Shown here: one piece after another, positions 18,497 to 27,553 of the stretch
Position numbering within the stretch: position 1 is the stretch's first letter
Layout of the letters: each line of letters begins with the position of its first letter
Assembly: GCA_964654855.1 (NCBI GenBank)
Contig: CAZZJS010000001.1
Location: 17,772-81,771 of the forward strand
DNA: 64,000 nt
DNA from: an uncultured Rickettsiales bacterium
Lineage (GTDB): Bacteria; Pseudomonadota; Alphaproteobacteria; Rickettsiales; JALZUV01
Reading direction: 5' to 3'
Made by a program: the position numbers and the translations under genes
The notes under the pieces: model-generated
The model's database searches: none
What the model was told of the DNA's origin: nothing
The model's input: only the letters and a program-made list of their open reading frames with translations

Positions 18497-19528
18497 ATGA
18501 CCATTACCCAAAGCGTGAAAGATTATTACGGCGAAGTGCTGAAAACGAAGGAAGATTTACTCACCAGCGCGTGTTGCCCTATTGATGCGATGCCCGCACA
18601 TTTGCGCCCGCTCATGGCTAATATTCATGAAGAAGTGCAAGCAAAATTTTATGGTTGTGGCTCGCCTATCCCGCATGCCTTGGAGGGGCTGACGGTGCTT
18701 GATCTTGGCTGCGGCACAGGGCGCGATGTTTACACCCTTTCGCAATGCGTCGGCGAATCGGGCAAAGTCATCGGCATTGATATGACGGAAAACCAGCTGG
18801 AAGTCGCACGTCGCACCCTAGGCTGGCATATGGATAAATTTGGCTATAAAAAGCCCAATGTCGAGTTCCATCAGGGCTATATCGAACAACTTAGCATGAT
18901 TGAAGATAGCTCGATTGATGTGGTGACTTCCAATTGCGTCATTAATCTTTCGCCCGATAAACCTGCCGTGTTTAAAGAAATTTTCCGCATCTTAAAACCG
19001 GGTGGAGAGCTGTACTTCTCGGATGTCTTTACTGGTCGCCGCGTGCCAGAGGATTTAACCCATGATCCCGTTCTATTTGGCGAATGCCTAAGCGGGGCGC
19101 TCTATGTTGAAGATTTCCGCCGCATGTTGCGTGAAGTCGGTTGTGTCGATTATCGTGTTGTCAGCAGCGGGCCAATTGAATTGCACGATCCAGAAGTGGT
19201 GCGTAAAGCGGGGATGATTGATTTTTACTCCCTTACCATCCGCAGTTTCAAATGCGATTTTGAAGATATTTGCGAAGATTACGGCCAAGTGGCTTATTAC
19301 CAAGGAACCATAGAAAATGCGCCGCATGCCTTCATGCTAGACGATCATCATCTGTTCAAAACAGGCCAACCCGTACCCGTTTGCGGCAATACCGCGCAGA
19401 TGTTGAGCGAGACGCATTACGGTAAACATTTCCGTGTCGAGGGAGATCGTTCCACTCATTACGGTGCGTTTGATTGCTCGCCTGCATTAGCCGGAACCGA
19501 AGCTGCAACTAGCGGAGCTTGCTGCTAA
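18497..19528 (+). CDS. arsM: Arsenite S-adenosylmethionine methyltransferase
   Basis: SAM motif VLDLGCGTGRDV. Conserved ArsM cysteines occur in their typical contexts (TSACCP, FYGCGSP, SNCVINLS, FGECLSGA). The tail is Cys-rich (SGACC). Confidence 0.85.
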   Translation: MTITQSVKDYYGEVLKTKEDLLTSACCPIDAMPAHLRPLMANIHEEVQAKFYGCGSPIPHALEGLTVLDLGCGTGRDVYTLSQCVGESGKVIGIDMTENQLEVARRTLGWHMDKFGYKKPNVEFHQGYIEQLSMIEDSSIDVVTSNCVINLSPDKPAVFKEIFRILKPGGELYFSDVFTGRRVPEDLTHDPVLFGECLSGALYVEDFRRMLREVGCVDYRVVSSGPIELHDPEVVRKAGMIDFYSLTIRSFKCDFEDICEDYGQVAYYQGTIENAPHAFMLDDHHLFKTGQPVPVCGNTAQMLSETHYGKHFRVEGDRSTHYGAFDCSPALAGTEAATSGACC

Positions 19529-19561
19529 TGTTCGTTAGGGTTCTACACAATTAGGTGACTG

Positions 19562-20350
19562 ATGTTGGAGAATGAATCCGCTCTACGCCTAACTGTTTTT
19601 CTGATCGTGCTCATATTAATATGTGCATGGGAGTGGAAATATCCGAAACGTCACTTAGTATTGGCGCGCACTAAGCGCTGGCCGCGCAATTTGGCTATGG
19701 TCGGGATGGTAACGCTGCTGTTGCGCGTGCTGATTCCCTTCACCGGCGTGATGGCCGCACTGTTTGCTCAACAGCATCAAATAGGATTATTCCACTGGTT
19801 AAAATTGCCTGAGTTTCTGGAGATTCTTCTATCAATTATTTTGCTAGATTTTCTGATTTACGCACAACATTTTGCGTTACACTATATTCCGTTCTTCTGG
19901 CGTTTTCATAAGGTGCATCATACGGATCAAGACGTGGATGTAACGACTGCCCTTCGTTTTCATCCGATTGAGATTATCTTTTCGCTCTTTATCAAGGCGG
20001 CAGCGGTGATTGCTTTAGGGGTACCGCTTATCGCCGTGATTTTGTTTGAAATGATTCTCAGTAGTATGGCAATGTTTAATCATGGCAATATCGCTTTGCC
20101 GCATAAATGGGATAAATGGCTACGCAAAGTAATTGTCACACCCGATATGCATCGCGTACATCATTCCATCTATAGCCGCGAAACCAATAGCAATTTCGGT
20201 TTCAACCTCGCTCTATGGGATAGATTATTTAGAACCTATCAAGCGCAACCTAAAGACGGGCATTTAAAAATGTTCATTGGTTTGAATGAATATCGTCATC
20301 AAGATGGCATTAGTTTTCTGGGCTTGCTATCTATGCCATTCAAGAAATAA
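19562..20350 (+). CDS. Fatty acid hydroxylase / sterol desaturase family membrane di-iron enzyme
   Basis: Three His boxes (HFALH, HKVHH, HRVHH) in a polytopic membrane protein. Confidence 0.85.
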   Translation: MLENESALRLTVFLIVLILICAWEWKYPKRHLVLARTKRWPRNLAMVGMVTLLLRVLIPFTGVMAALFAQQHQIGLFHWLKLPEFLEILLSIILLDFLIYAQHFALHYIPFFWRFHKVHHTDQDVDVTTALRFHPIEIIFSLFIKAAAVIALGVPLIAVILFEMILSSMAMFNHGNIALPHKWDKWLRKVIVTPDMHRVHHSIYSRETNSNFGFNLALWDRLFRTYQAQPKDGHLKMFIGLNEYRHQDGISFLGLLSMPFKK

Positions 20351-20363
20351 GGAGAGTATCACC

Positions 20364-21209
20364 ATGTTAGCCATTATCGGAGGCACGGGCCTTTACCAAA
20401 TTGAAGGATTGCAGGTGCAAGATGAAGTGGTGGTTGAAACGCCATTTGGCGAGCCATCAGCGCCGATTTTCAAAGCCACTTATGGTGAGCATGAGCTGCT
20501 GTTTTTACCCCGCCATGGACAGAATCATCAGTTTTTGCCACATGAGGTGAATTACCGCGCGAATATCTTTGCGCTCAAAGAACTGGGCGCAAAACAATTG
20601 CTCGGCTTTTCGGCGGTAGGTAGTTTGCGTGAAGAAATTCATCCGGGTGATTTTGCCATTCCCTCGCAATATTTCGACTTTGTTAAAGGCAATCGCGAAC
20701 GAACTTTCTTTGGAAATGGTATTGCGGCGCATGTTTCTACGGCAGAACCGGTTTGCGCGAATCTGACTGCATGGGTGGCTGCTAAAGCCGCGCAGATGCA
20801 GCTAAAAATTCATACTGACAAAACCTATGCAGGGGTGGATGGTCCAAGACTTGGCACTAAAGCGGAGAGTCATTTTCTACGCGACGCAGGGTGCGATTTA
20901 GTGGGTATGACCAATGTGCCAGAAGCTTTCCTCGCGCGTGAGGCACAGCTTTGCTATGCGACTATCGGCATCGCAACCGATTATGATTGCTGGATGGATG
21001 ATCCTGCTCAGCATGTAAGTGTGGCTGATGTTATTGCCCGCTATGGCGGAAGCCTCGCCAAAGCGAAGGAGCTTTTACTGGCGTTGTTAGAAACTCCGTT
21101 GCCTGCCATTGATGCGGATTATCGCGAGAGTCTCAAAACATCGCTCCTGACTCCGCTTGGGGCTATCCCCGCTGATAAGCGCGAATGGTTGTCGGTATTG
21201 CAAGCTTAA
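20364..21209 (+). CDS. mtnP: S-methyl-5'-thioadenosine phosphorylase family (purine nucleoside phosphorylase fold)
   Basis: MLAIIGGTGLY..., FLPRHGQNHQFLPHEVNYRANIFALKELG and VGMTNVPE match MTAP. AGGAGA RBS lies upstream at 20350-20355. The physiological substrate here may differ (see findings). Confidence 0.8.
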   Translation: MLAIIGGTGLYQIEGLQVQDEVVVETPFGEPSAPIFKATYGEHELLFLPRHGQNHQFLPHEVNYRANIFALKELGAKQLLGFSAVGSLREEIHPGDFAIPSQYFDFVKGNRERTFFGNGIAAHVSTAEPVCANLTAWVAAKAAQMQLKIHTDKTYAGVDGPRLGTKAESHFLRDAGCDLVGMTNVPEAFLAREAQLCYATIGIATDYDCWMDDPAQHVSVADVIARYGGSLAKAKELLLALLETPLPAIDADYRESLKTSLLTPLGAIPADKREWLSVLQA

Positions 21210-21796
21210 TGGCTTCTATTTCCGTCATCATTCCTCTCGCGCCAGGTGAGCCAAGGCCAGAGGTGTTGCTCGCTTGTTTGCCGCAAGAGGCTGAAATTAT
21301 CCTCTCGCAAGAAGGGGGGCGAGCGTCAAGCCTCAATCAAGGCGCGGCCAAAGCGAGTGGGGAGTATCTATGGTTCCTTCATGCGGATTCAGAGTTGACC
21401 GATGATGGCTGGCATAAGCTGCAGATTGCCATCAAACAAGTGCCGAACGCATTGCATTATTTTGATTTAGCCTTTGCGGGTGGTTCATTTTTTATGCGAT
21501 TAAATGCATGGGGTGCTAATTTTCGTTCGCGTATTTTGGGATGCCCCTTTGGCGATCAAGGCTTTTGCCTTAACCGTTCTGTCTTTGAAGAGCTAGGCGG
21601 ATATCCTAAAGATGTCGCTTATGGCGAAGATCATCTCTTTGTGTGGAAAGCGCGTAAAGCGGGGGTGCAGTTGAACCCTATTGGCGCAACATTAACCACC
21701 AGCCCGCGCAAATATGAAAAATACGGTTGGCTGAGAGTCACGATTCTGCATCAATATTTATGGCTTAAACAAGTGGTCGCGGCGCAATGGAAATAG
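21209..21796 (+). CDS. GT-A fold glycosyltransferase of the 'rSAM/selenodomain-associated transferase 2' type
   Basis: N-terminus SVIIPLAPGE and FLHADSEL (DxD-like), about 195 aa. The start overlaps the MTAP stop (TAATG). It shares gene context with the radical SAM/Cys-rich protein. Confidence 0.7.
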   Translation: MASISVIIPLAPGEPRPEVLLACLPQEAEIILSQEGGRASSLNQGAAKASGEYLWFLHADSELTDDGWHKLQIAIKQVPNALHYFDLAFAGGSFFMRLNAWGANFRSRILGCPFGDQGFCLNRSVFEELGGYPKDVAYGEDHLFVWKARKAGVQLNPIGATLTTSPRKYEKYGWLRVTILHQYLWLKQVVAAQWK

Positions 21797-22449
21797 GCCT
21801 CGGAATATTTGCGAAAACGGCCAGTTTATCGCTCGTTAAAACACGGTTGGCCGCAACGATTGGTGAAGCGAAAGCGCATGAGTTTTATGTGCTCAGCTTG
21901 AAAGCGATTGAACAAATGGCGCAGTCGCTACCTGCCTCTATCCACCCTCATTGGGCGATAGCAGAAGAAGAAGGCTTGTCCGCCGAGCAATGGCAAAATC
22001 TATCTGCATTTTGGACAGGAGAAGGTGATTTAGGCCAGCGTTTGCATCAAGTTTATTTGCGTTTGCAGCAGCAATATGGTGCCGCCATGCTGATTGGCAC
22101 CGATAGTCCGCAGCTGACTCCTACATTATTGGTTGAGGCGCAAAAGCGGCTAGCGGAAAGCCCGCAATCTATTGTTATCTCGCCTTGCGATGATGGCGGC
22201 TTTACCCTCTTCGCCGCAGCCACTGAGATTCCCGCGACTATTTGGCAATCGGTCGAATATAGTCAATCCACCACCTTACAGCAGCTCGCCAATGCATTGG
22301 AAAGTAAGGGAAAGAGTATTTCCTATCTTCCCTCGCAGCAGGATGTCGATGTCGCAGCGGATTTAGAAAAATTACAGCGCCACCTTGCAGAACAGGATGG
22401 AATCCCTTCTGCACAACAGGCGCTATTAGCGTGGTTGAAGAAGCTTTAA
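21787..22449 (+). CDS. DUF2064 / 'rSAM/selenodomain-associated transferase 1' type protein
   Basis: The N-terminal GIFAKTASLSLVKTRLA matches the FAK-x-P-x-x-G-x-VKTRL signature of DUF2064. It overlaps the previous gene by 10 nt. Confidence 0.7.
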   Translation: MEIGLGIFAKTASLSLVKTRLAATIGEAKAHEFYVLSLKAIEQMAQSLPASIHPHWAIAEEEGLSAEQWQNLSAFWTGEGDLGQRLHQVYLRLQQQYGAAMLIGTDSPQLTPTLLVEAQKRLAESPQSIVISPCDDGGFTLFAAATEIPATIWQSVEYSQSTTLQQLANALESKGKSISYLPSQQDVDVAADLEKLQRHLAEQDGIPSAQQALLAWLKKL

Positions 22450-23378
22450 GCCGAACAACTTCCGCCGCCAAGTACGCAGAATTTGGCGCAATGCGGGTGG
22501 TTGAGATAAACTGAATCACTTGCCTCTTTTAAGGTGTTTCCCATCTCAAATTCATCCTCATAGGGCAAGAGAGTACAGGCCAGAACCGTTGGCTTATCGG
22601 CTCCTTTGCGTTTTACGACCATGCGTGAATTTGCGCACATCATATTGTCAGGATGGACGTTTAGAATATCCCAGCAATCGGTCGTAATTTCGGGTACTTC
22701 GGCCTTTTCATCCATTTCGGGAAATAGCATCAGTTCTTTCGGGCTGTTTGCATCGACTTTAACGCCTAGCTCTTTAAATAATGCTGCAAACCCAGCGCGC
22801 AATTCGGCTTCATCTTCGCCCCAGCGGGTGCGCCCTGCAATATCAATCGGGAAGCCTTGGGATGCCAGCCATTGTAGGCCTTTGACCATTGGCTGCCATG
22901 TGCCTAGGCCGCGTTCTTCCTCATGCATGGCTTGCGTGAAATGATCGACAGAAATACGCAGCACCATCTGCTCGCCGTAACGTGCTAGTAAACCCAACAG
23001 CGCCTCTTGCTTATGCTGCATAGGTTTCATCGCATTGGTCAGTACTAGCAATTTAAACCCGCGCTCTAAAATAAGCTCCATCATGGGTAGAATATAGGGG
23101 TTCATAAAGGGCTCGCCGCCCGTAATAGCAATTTCGCGCGTGCCGAGATTATCGCGTTGAATCTCATCCAGATACTCTCGCGTTTCTGCTAATGTCAGAT
23201 AGACTAGCCGATCATTCTTGGGGCTGGATTCAATATAGCAATTTTCGCATTCAATATTGCAAAGCGTGCCCGTATTGAGCCACAAGGTCTCCAGTTTTGG
23301 CAAATCCACCCAAGCGCGCTGCTCGCCTTTGGCGGTCACTTTCGGATTCAAAAATTTTTCTAAATTGGGTTGGCTCAT
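22446..23378 (-). CDS. arsS: Radical SAM / Cys-rich domain protein (arsenosugar biosynthesis ArsS type)
   Basis: CNIECENCY radical-SAM cluster motif near the N-terminus. The C-terminal Cys-rich tail is HCAKFCVLGGGSCSA. The gene is clustered with arsM. Confidence 0.8.
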   Translation of the reverse strand: MSQPNLEKFLNPKVTAKGEQRAWVDLPKLETLWLNTGTLCNIECENCYIESSPKNDRLVYLTLAETREYLDEIQRDNLGTREIAITGGEPFMNPYILPMMELILERGFKLLVLTNAMKPMQHKQEALLGLLARYGEQMVLRISVDHFTQAMHEEERGLGTWQPMVKGLQWLASQGFPIDIAGRTRWGEDEAELRAGFAALFKELGVKVDANSPKELMLFPEMDEKAEVPEITTDCWDILNVHPDNMMCANSRMVVKRKGADKPTVLACTLLPYEDEFEMGNTLKEASDSVYLNHPHCAKFCVLGGGSCSA

Positions 23379-23397
23379 TTTCGCGTTCCTTTATTGC

Positions 23398-24792
23398 TTA
23401 AAACTTCGTGACAAGTTGGCTGAAACCATAAAGCGTTCGGCTTTTCTCAGGCCCGTTAGGAACATTATCGAGAAAATTACCATGAAATAAAGCAGAACCA
23501 CCAATATCCCACCGAACCCTTTTAGGTACGATCCAATGGCGCACTCTAGCATCAATCGTATGGCCAATGAAACGCCCAGAATTGCCCGTCACATCTCGCA
23601 AATTGGCAGCATCTAGCTCATCTGTATCACTATCCAAATAGGCGACCTGATAAGTGATAAAGCCATCGGTACGCTTATTCGGCTGAAACTCAAAGTCGAT
23701 GCCAGGAAGGATGAGGTTGTTTCTGACCAAAGGCCCGTGAATAGAGGTGAAACCAACATCGCCACGTCTTGCACCAAAGAGGCGATCATAGGAGCCGAAA
23801 CGATTATCATTGGGGTTATCATCACCCGTCGCATAATCAAATTCAAAGGCTAAACGAGGCGTCCACGGGGCATCAAATTGATATCCAATTTCTGCATGAA
23901 GTGTTTGCGCCCTTACGTTAATGTCATTGGTATCTGTGGAGGCTGTTGTGGCGCGTCTTTCACCAAATTGATAGCCATATTCGACTTCATAATCCCATTC
24001 GGTGGTTTTAGGCTTTTTGAGTGTACGAAAGCCGAGCGTATAGAGCTCGCGATTGGCGGTATTACGATCATTCGTATCTCTTTCATGCAGGCCATAGGTA
24101 AATAGTTCTAGCTTCGTATCGGGAATGAGGTTCTTTTCATCCGTATAAACCACTCCCCAAAAACCTCGCGAATCATCTCTCTTGTCGAAAGCTTGTCGAT
24201 TATCGGATAAATTTTCGAAATTGCGAGGCTGCGCTCTGACAGGAACGACAAAGAAACTTTCAAATTGATTTCCACTATCAAAATGAGTGCGTAAATGCGC
24301 ACCATCATAGCTATTGATCGTGTTGCGATAGCCATTTCGTTCAATAAAGCGTTCACTGCCGATATCAACTGTTTGGCGGCCTAGTTTTAGCTTTGTGTTT
24401 GTATGTTCGCCAAAAGTTTTACCCAAATGGAAATCGAGATTGGCATTGATAAATTCAAAGCTATTCACAAAGCTGGTTGAAAGAGGTGTTCCTGCATCAT
24501 CCAAATAGCCGCGAGAATCTTGGAGCTCTAAATTCACATCAAACGGTTGAAGTTTGGCTTTTGCGCGAATCAGCGTGCGAATGGCAAGCAACTGGTCGCT
24601 TCCGTTACGCCCAGCACGAAACTGGCCGTCCAATGATTCATAGCGCACCCGGTTTTCACCCTCAAGATGCAGCCAATCGGGAGGGTCCAACGCACTATCG
24701 AGCGTCGGGAGTTTAAATTTTTCATCCGCAGCTTGAGCCTGCATGGCTAGCAGGCTCAGCGCGGTTATCATAAAAACGAAAAATTTATGCGG
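23398..24792 (-). CDS. Outer-membrane beta-barrel, alginate-export (AlgE)-like porin
   Basis: Signal peptide ...LLAMQAQA and N-terminal GENRVRYE motif. The sequence shows an alternating beta-strand pattern and ends in a C-terminal Phe (QLVTKF). The start is uncertain (24792 or 24771). Confidence 0.55.
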   Translation of the reverse strand, partial: PHKFFVFMITALSLLAMQAQAADEKFKLPTLDSALDPPDWLHLEGENRVRYESLDGQFRAGRNGSDQLLAIRTLIRAKAKLQPFDVNLELQDSRGYLDDAGTPLSTSFVNSFEFINANLDFHLGKTFGEHTNTKLKLGRQTVDIGSERFIERNGYRNTINSYDGAHLRTHFDSGNQFESFFVVPVRAQPRNFENLSDNRQAFDKRDDSRGFWGVVYTDEKNLIPDTKLELFTYGLHERDTNDRNTANRELYTLGFRTLKKPKTTEWDYEVEYGYQFGERRATTASTDTNDINVRAQTLHAEIGYQFDAPWTPRLAFEFDYATGDDNPNDNRFGSYDRLFGARRGDVGFTSIHGPLVRNNLILPGIDFEFQPNKRTDGFITYQVAYLDSDTDELDAANLRDVTGNSGRFIGHTIDARVRHWIVPKRVRWDIGGSALFHGNFLDNVPNGPEKSRTLYGFSQLVTKF

Positions 24793-25351
24793 CATTCGCA
24801 GAATCAGCACTCCAACGGTTAGGTAAGAACGCCTCATCTAAAGGCGTTTGTACGATGTGATTAGTGTAGTTTGACATGGTTTTCAATGCCGTTGCTAACA
24901 CAATTTCCAATACATGCTGCTGCGTATAACCCGCACCAAAGAAAGCCTGCATTTGCTCTGCACTTGGTGTACCGCGCGTCTCATTTACGATTTTTGCGAA
25001 TTCACGCAATGCTTCGAATTTTGCATTTGGTAGTGCTGTTTGGTTACGCAAAGCATCCACCACTTCCGCCTCTACGCCTTTCATTTGCGAAATCGTCGTA
25101 TGCGCTGCCATACAATAAGTGCAGCCATTTTGAATATTATTGGTCATTAATACAATCTGGCGCTCAGTCTCGGTAAAGCTGGTTTTATCAACAAAACCAG
25201 AGAGGGCTAAATAACCTTCTAATAAAGCCGGAGCTTCTGCCATTTTGGCGAAAATATTGGGCACAAACCCCATAGAGCCTTGAACATTCTCTAATGTTGC
25301 TTTTGCCTCTTGTGGTGCTGTCTCTACTGTGTGCGTGGTGAATGATGTCAT
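24785..25351 (-). CDS. Carboxymuconolactone decarboxylase / AhpD-like family protein
   Basis: AhpD-core CxxC motif in NGCTYCMAAHT, about 188 aa. Confidence 0.85.
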   Translation of the reverse strand: MTSFTTHTVETAPQEAKATLENVQGSMGFVPNIFAKMAEAPALLEGYLALSGFVDKTSFTETERQIVLMTNNIQNGCTYCMAAHTTISQMKGVEAEVVDALRNQTALPNAKFEALREFAKIVNETRGTPSAEQMQAFFGAGYTQQHVLEIVLATALKTMSNYTNHIVQTPLDEAFLPNRWSADSANAA

Positions 25352-25512
25352 GATATAATCCTTTTTAATGGTGATAAGCAGGTACTACTTCGTTGGAAAA
25401 CGAAAAAGATTACATTTTTTCAGAAAATATTATTTTTTTATTGGGAGAGCTGATTGGAAAGCTTAAGCTGTTATTAAATGGGATTCTAAAAGTGCTAATT
25501 GCAACGAGCTTG

Positions 25513-27537
25513 TTATTTTAAAACAGATAAAATGCTGGAACGATGATCAGTCCAAAGGGGTGAGTCAGGCGCTGCTTTGAGAGACGTAAAATTCATTTTA
25601 GTAAATTGTTCATCCCAGTGCGAATTAGGCTTTGCCATAAAGATCCACTCTGCGGTGCCATCATAAGAGAATTCAGGGTTATATTCAAAGCGCTTATGGT
25701 AAACGGCCATATTATATTCTTTTGCTAAACGAGCGAGTATGGGGCGCAAATCTGTATGGCGCGCGATAATATTAAATGCGAGTAGACCGTTTTGAGGGTT
25801 TAGCTTGCTAAGATAAATGCCGAGTGCCTCTTTGGTGAGTAAGTGCATAGGGATGGCACTTGAATTAAAAGCATCCAGCACAATTAAATTATATTTCTCA
25901 TTAGATTGCTTCCTGATTTCCAAACGACCATCTCCAAGAATGAGGTTTGGTTTGCCAGGGCAATCACGCAAATAGGTGAAATAGTCAGAGTTTTGTGCAA
26001 TCTCTGCGACGAGCGGATCAATCTCGTAAAAATCGATAATTTGATTTTCTGAAGCCATGCAGGTAAGCATTCCCGTGCCTAAACCAATGACTGCAAAAGG
26101 TTGTTCAAAGAAGCCAGAAGGTGTGTTTTCCATCAAGTTTCGGAGGTTGTGGTTGAGGTATAATTCGTGCCCAGGGAAAGTTGGTTGGTATCCTTGCTTA
26201 GTGCTGCCAATTTCGAGAATGCGCACAAAGAAGGGGGAGGCCTTTTCAGCGACTTTTTTAACACCAAAGAAGTTTCTCGCTTGATATTGCGCTTGGTAAT
26301 CATCGCTTTCTGTCCAAGTGATGATCAGTGCTAAAACAATGCATGAGGTGCTGCCAGCAAAGGCTGCTTTGCGTAGGGTGCTAAATTGGTGATGGTTCTT
26401 GAACCAATAGGTAAATGGAACGCTGAGCGAGAGTATTAGAATGATCGGGTATTCATAAATATCGTTGAATAAATAAGGCGCAATATTGGCGAATAAAGCT
26501 CCCAGAGCACCGCCTAGTGCAAGCCAAAAGTAATAGGAAGTAAGAGCCTCTGGTGCAGGTTTCTCTTTTGCTATTTGGCCATGACAACTAAGTGAAATGA
26601 TGAAGAGACATAGTAGGTGCAGTGCCACTTGCTCCATATAATAATTCTTGGCATAAAAATGCGAAAGAAATGCATAGACGTACCCTGCGAGTAAAAAGAC
26701 GAGAGCACAGATAGGTAAATGAAGGTGTTGTGCGAGGCTGATCCAGCGAGCTGCATTATTCGAAAAGGCGATAATAAAACTCAACAAATACAGTGCTAAT
26801 GGCAAAACCCATAAGAGCGGAATGGTCGCGATATCTGTCGTGATGAAGAGTGTTGTGCTTAAAAAGAGAGCGGATGGAATAAATCCCAAAAACAGGATGC
26901 GGAGGATAGACGAAGAGTTGAGAGCAAAGCTTGTATGTAAGCTCTCTGTTTGCGTTCTGATATGACGTAACTTTAAAGTGGTAAGGGTTAGTAATAGTAT
27001 CAATCCATAGAATAAATAACTCCAAGAAAGCATCTGTTCTTTTAGGGGGAAGAGCCATTCAATAAGAAGAGGATAGCTGAGCAACCCTGCTAAACTTCCA
27101 GCATTGCTAATCGAAAATAGAAAGTAGGGCGAGGTGCCGTTTGCTTGATAGTACCAGCGTTGCAAAAGTGTGGCGTTAGAAGCAAGTAGAAAATAGGGCA
27201 GGCCAACAGTGAATAAAAGGGTAACTACTATCCAATATTCTGGAATTGATTGAGGTAATTGCCCACTATATTGCAGCGATAATGGCAGCGTGAAGATAAG
27301 GGCAAGAAACAATAAGCCTAAATGAAGTTGGCTTTGCCGTTTTGCGGTTAAATAGAGGCTGCTAACGGATGCATAAGCATAGCCTGCCAATAAGAGTATT
27401 TGGAAAAATAATATAGAGGTAACCCATATAGCGGGTGCGCCGCCTACTTGTGGCAGTAAAGATTTCACCAATACCGGCTGAATAATAAAAAGCAGAAACG
27501 AGCCTAAAAATATGGCGAGTGAGAAGAGAGGTGCCAT
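25513..27537 (-). CDS. Fused polytopic membrane (MFS-like) / spermidine synthase-like protein
   Basis: About 400 aa of TM helices are followed by a class-I methyltransferase/aminopropyltransferase-like domain (VIGLGTGMLT, LIVLDAFNSSAIPMHLLTKEA). Confidence 0.75.
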   Translation of the reverse strand: MAPLFSLAIFLGSFLLFIIQPVLVKSLLPQVGGAPAIWVTSILFFQILLLAGYAYASVSSLYLTAKRQSQLHLGLLFLALIFTLPLSLQYSGQLPQSIPEYWIVVTLLFTVGLPYFLLASNATLLQRWYYQANGTSPYFLFSISNAGSLAGLLSYPLLIEWLFPLKEQMLSWSYLFYGLILLLTLTTLKLRHIRTQTESLHTSFALNSSSILRILFLGFIPSALFLSTTLFITTDIATIPLLWVLPLALYLLSFIIAFSNNAARWISLAQHLHLPICALVFLLAGYVYAFLSHFYAKNYYMEQVALHLLCLFIISLSCHGQIAKEKPAPEALTSYYFWLALGGALGALFANIAPYLFNDIYEYPIILILSLSVPFTYWFKNHHQFSTLRKAAFAGSTSCIVLALIITWTESDDYQAQYQARNFFGVKKVAEKASPFFVRILEIGSTKQGYQPTFPGHELYLNHNLRNLMENTPSGFFEQPFAVIGLGTGMLTCMASENQIIDFYEIDPLVAEIAQNSDYFTYLRDCPGKPNLILGDGRLEIRKQSNEKYNLIVLDAFNSSAIPMHLLTKEALGIYLSKLNPQNGLLAFNIIARHTDLRPILARLAKEYNMAVYHKRFEYNPEFSYDGTAEWIFMAKPNSHWDEQFTKMNFTSLKAAPDSPLWTDHRSSILSVLK

Positions 27538-27553
27538 GAAAAATCAAGCGACT

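Noticed and set aside
16273-21208. N-terminal extensions given in the ORF track for the TVP38 (16273), FAD reductase (16967), MTAP (20286) and GT-A (21185) genes. The same applies outside this range to neuA (48872), the AAC(3)-like gene (53200), the porin (24837) and the CRTAC1 fusion (30686).
   Set aside because: In each case an internal ATG gives the canonical family N-terminus (for example MLAIIGGTGLY, MPKYDYNLIAIGAGAGG, IIPVRGGSKG). It also removes a long overlap with the upstream gene, often creating a TAATG/ATGA coupling or exposing an RBS.
9042-23378. Selenocysteine recoding in the YHS-domain protein (9042-9497) or in the Cys-rich tail of ArsS (22446-22500). Both belong to families with Sec-containing members.
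   Set aside because: Both ORFs are intact, with Cys codons at the relevant positions (GGYCAWAV and HCAKFCVLGGGSCSA). There is no in-frame TGA.
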